In this document: piece after piece, positions 62,948 to 64,000 of the stretch | Layout: each line of letters starts with the position of its first letter | Numbering within the stretch: position 1 is the stretch's first letter | Origin: a virus | DNA: 64,000 nucleotides | Reading direction: 5' to 3' (one strand) | Virus record (IMG/VR): IMGVR_UViG_3300020170_000001 | Location: 60,653 to 124,652 of that record | Notes under the pieces: generated by a model | Database searches by the model: none | What the model saw: the letters and a program-made list of their open reading frames with translations, nothing else | Told to the model about the DNA's origin: nothing | Program-made: the position numbers and the translations under genes

Positions 62948-63352
62948 CTAGGCGGCCTTGCGCAGATCAGGCCAATTCTCGAACCTCTTCGTATCCGCCG
63001 GGCTCGGCGTGCGCCGGCCCGAGGCTCGATGCCGCGCGGGAAGCGGACTGCGGCTGGTCTCATCCACCGAGGCGTACCCGCGCAGCGGTGCGGCTGGCGG
63101 CTTCGGCAGCGGGCGCGCGGGCACCGCAAGCTCCTCCGCTGGCCGGTATTTCGTGGTACGGGTAGCCAAGCTGAACAACGACCTGGTAGCCGTGTTGTAC
63201 CCGTCGCGAAACGCCTGTTCCCGCTCCTGGGTCTGCTTGAAGAACTGGTGCACGCGCCCGGCGATGTAGCAGAGCAGGACGAGCAACACGGTCGCTGCGC
63301 CGGGAGCGAGAAGATCCGAACTGGGGCCAGGCATGCCGATACCGTACGTCAT
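62948..63352 (-). CDS. Membrane-anchored protein
   Basis: N-terminal TM; AFRDGYN. Confidence 0.65.
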   Translation of the reverse strand: MTYGIGMPGPSSDLLAPGAATVLLVLLCYIAGRVHQFFKQTQEREQAFRDGYNTATRSLFSLATRTTKYRPAEELAVPARPLPKPPAAPLRGYASVDETSRSPLPARHRASGRRTPSPADTKRFENWPDLRKAA

Positions 63353-63440
63353 GCCCCGTTAACGCCAAAGAGACCGTACAGGTATGGCTTCGCCGTGAAA
63401 TGTCCGGTCTGATCCGCGAGGCGGACCGAATACGTCTGAC

Positions 63441-63755
63441 CTAACGTTCGGGTAGTTCCAGCGGTGCGGCCTCGGGGCCGGGGACCGTGCGCCGGGCGGC
63501 TAGCTCGCTGTGCGCGGCCGAGATGAGCCAGCCGGCGAGGATCTGCGAGAGGATCGGATCGATCTCGATGCCCTCCAGGTAGTCCTTTTCGAAGGTGGTC
63601 GGCTGACGCCCGGCGATCAGAAGCGCTTCCAAGAGCAGCATCCTGGCAGCCTCGCGGTTGCTGAGTAGACCTTGCATGCCCCGGGACCAGCTCGCCCACT
63701 GCCGGATCACCTGGTCTGCGTCATCAAACGGGCCGTTGTCGCGAAACTCGCTCAC
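63441..63755 (-). CDS. Hypothetical protein
   Basis: GTGA overlap; RBS AGGAG. Confidence 0.6.
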   Translation of the reverse strand: MSEFRDNGPFDDADQVIRQWASWSRGMQGLLSNREAARMLLLEALLIAGRQPTTFEKDYLEGIEIDPILSQILAGWLISAAHSELAARRTVPGPEAAPLELPER

Positions 63756-63955
63756 GCCGGCTCCTGCTGGCCGACGGTCCCGCGGAGCTCGGCGGACACC
63801 TTCAGCTGGGCCGAGATCGCCCGAGACAGCAGAATGTCTCGCTCGACACGCTCTTCGTCGGGCGCTCCGACCATGTCCGCACGCTCTAGATCGGACTTGT
63901 AGATCACGAGCGCGGCGTTGGTCGCCATCAGCTCCTCGGTCGTCAGGTCCACCAT
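63752..63955 (-). CDS. Hypothetical protein
   Basis: MVDLTTEE after GGAG. Confidence 0.55.
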   Translation of the reverse strand: MVDLTTEELMATNAALVIYKSDLERADMVGAPDEERVERDILLSRAISAQLKVSAELRGTVGQQEPA

Positions 63956-64000
63956 GCTGTGCGCTCCAGTTCGATGAGGGCGTGCGCTTCCCGACCACAA

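Overview
This window is a 64-kb internal segment of a large, high-GC, tailed and probably temperate actinobacterial phage. The host group is inferred from GC content and gene style. Positions 1-31.4 kb form a minus-strand late/virion region. It holds a partial major tail protein, a GT4 glycosyltransferase, head-tail connectors, two clusters of paralogous fibre/appendage genes, a membrane-protein (lysis-like) cassette, a lambda gpE-type capsid, a gpD-like decoration protein, a protease/scaffold, MuF, a DNA methyltransferase, the portal and an intein-containing large terminase. Positions 31.4-53.3 kb form a mostly minus-strand replication/recombination/accessory region. It holds an FkbM methyltransferase, DnaX, a papain-like peptidase, an Acb2/Tad1-like hairpin protein, a ~950-aa radical SAM enzyme, a split Rad50/SbcC with Mre11/SbcD, a GGQ-less release-factor-like protein, DnaN, a RecB/Cas4-like nuclease, an initiator-like tRNA-Met and a ParB-like protein. 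A large serine recombinase at 53.7-55.3 kb is followed by many small genes. The least explained signals are non-coding: three tandem copies of a covarying RNA motif (50.08-50.35 kb), a ~415-nt structured tract behind the tRNA, a ~550-nt structured tract at 57.9-58.5 kb, and a CCGAT motif upstream of late genes. A stand-alone ethylene-receptor-like membrane protein also stands out. All protein family calls come from motifs recognised by eye; no database searches were run.
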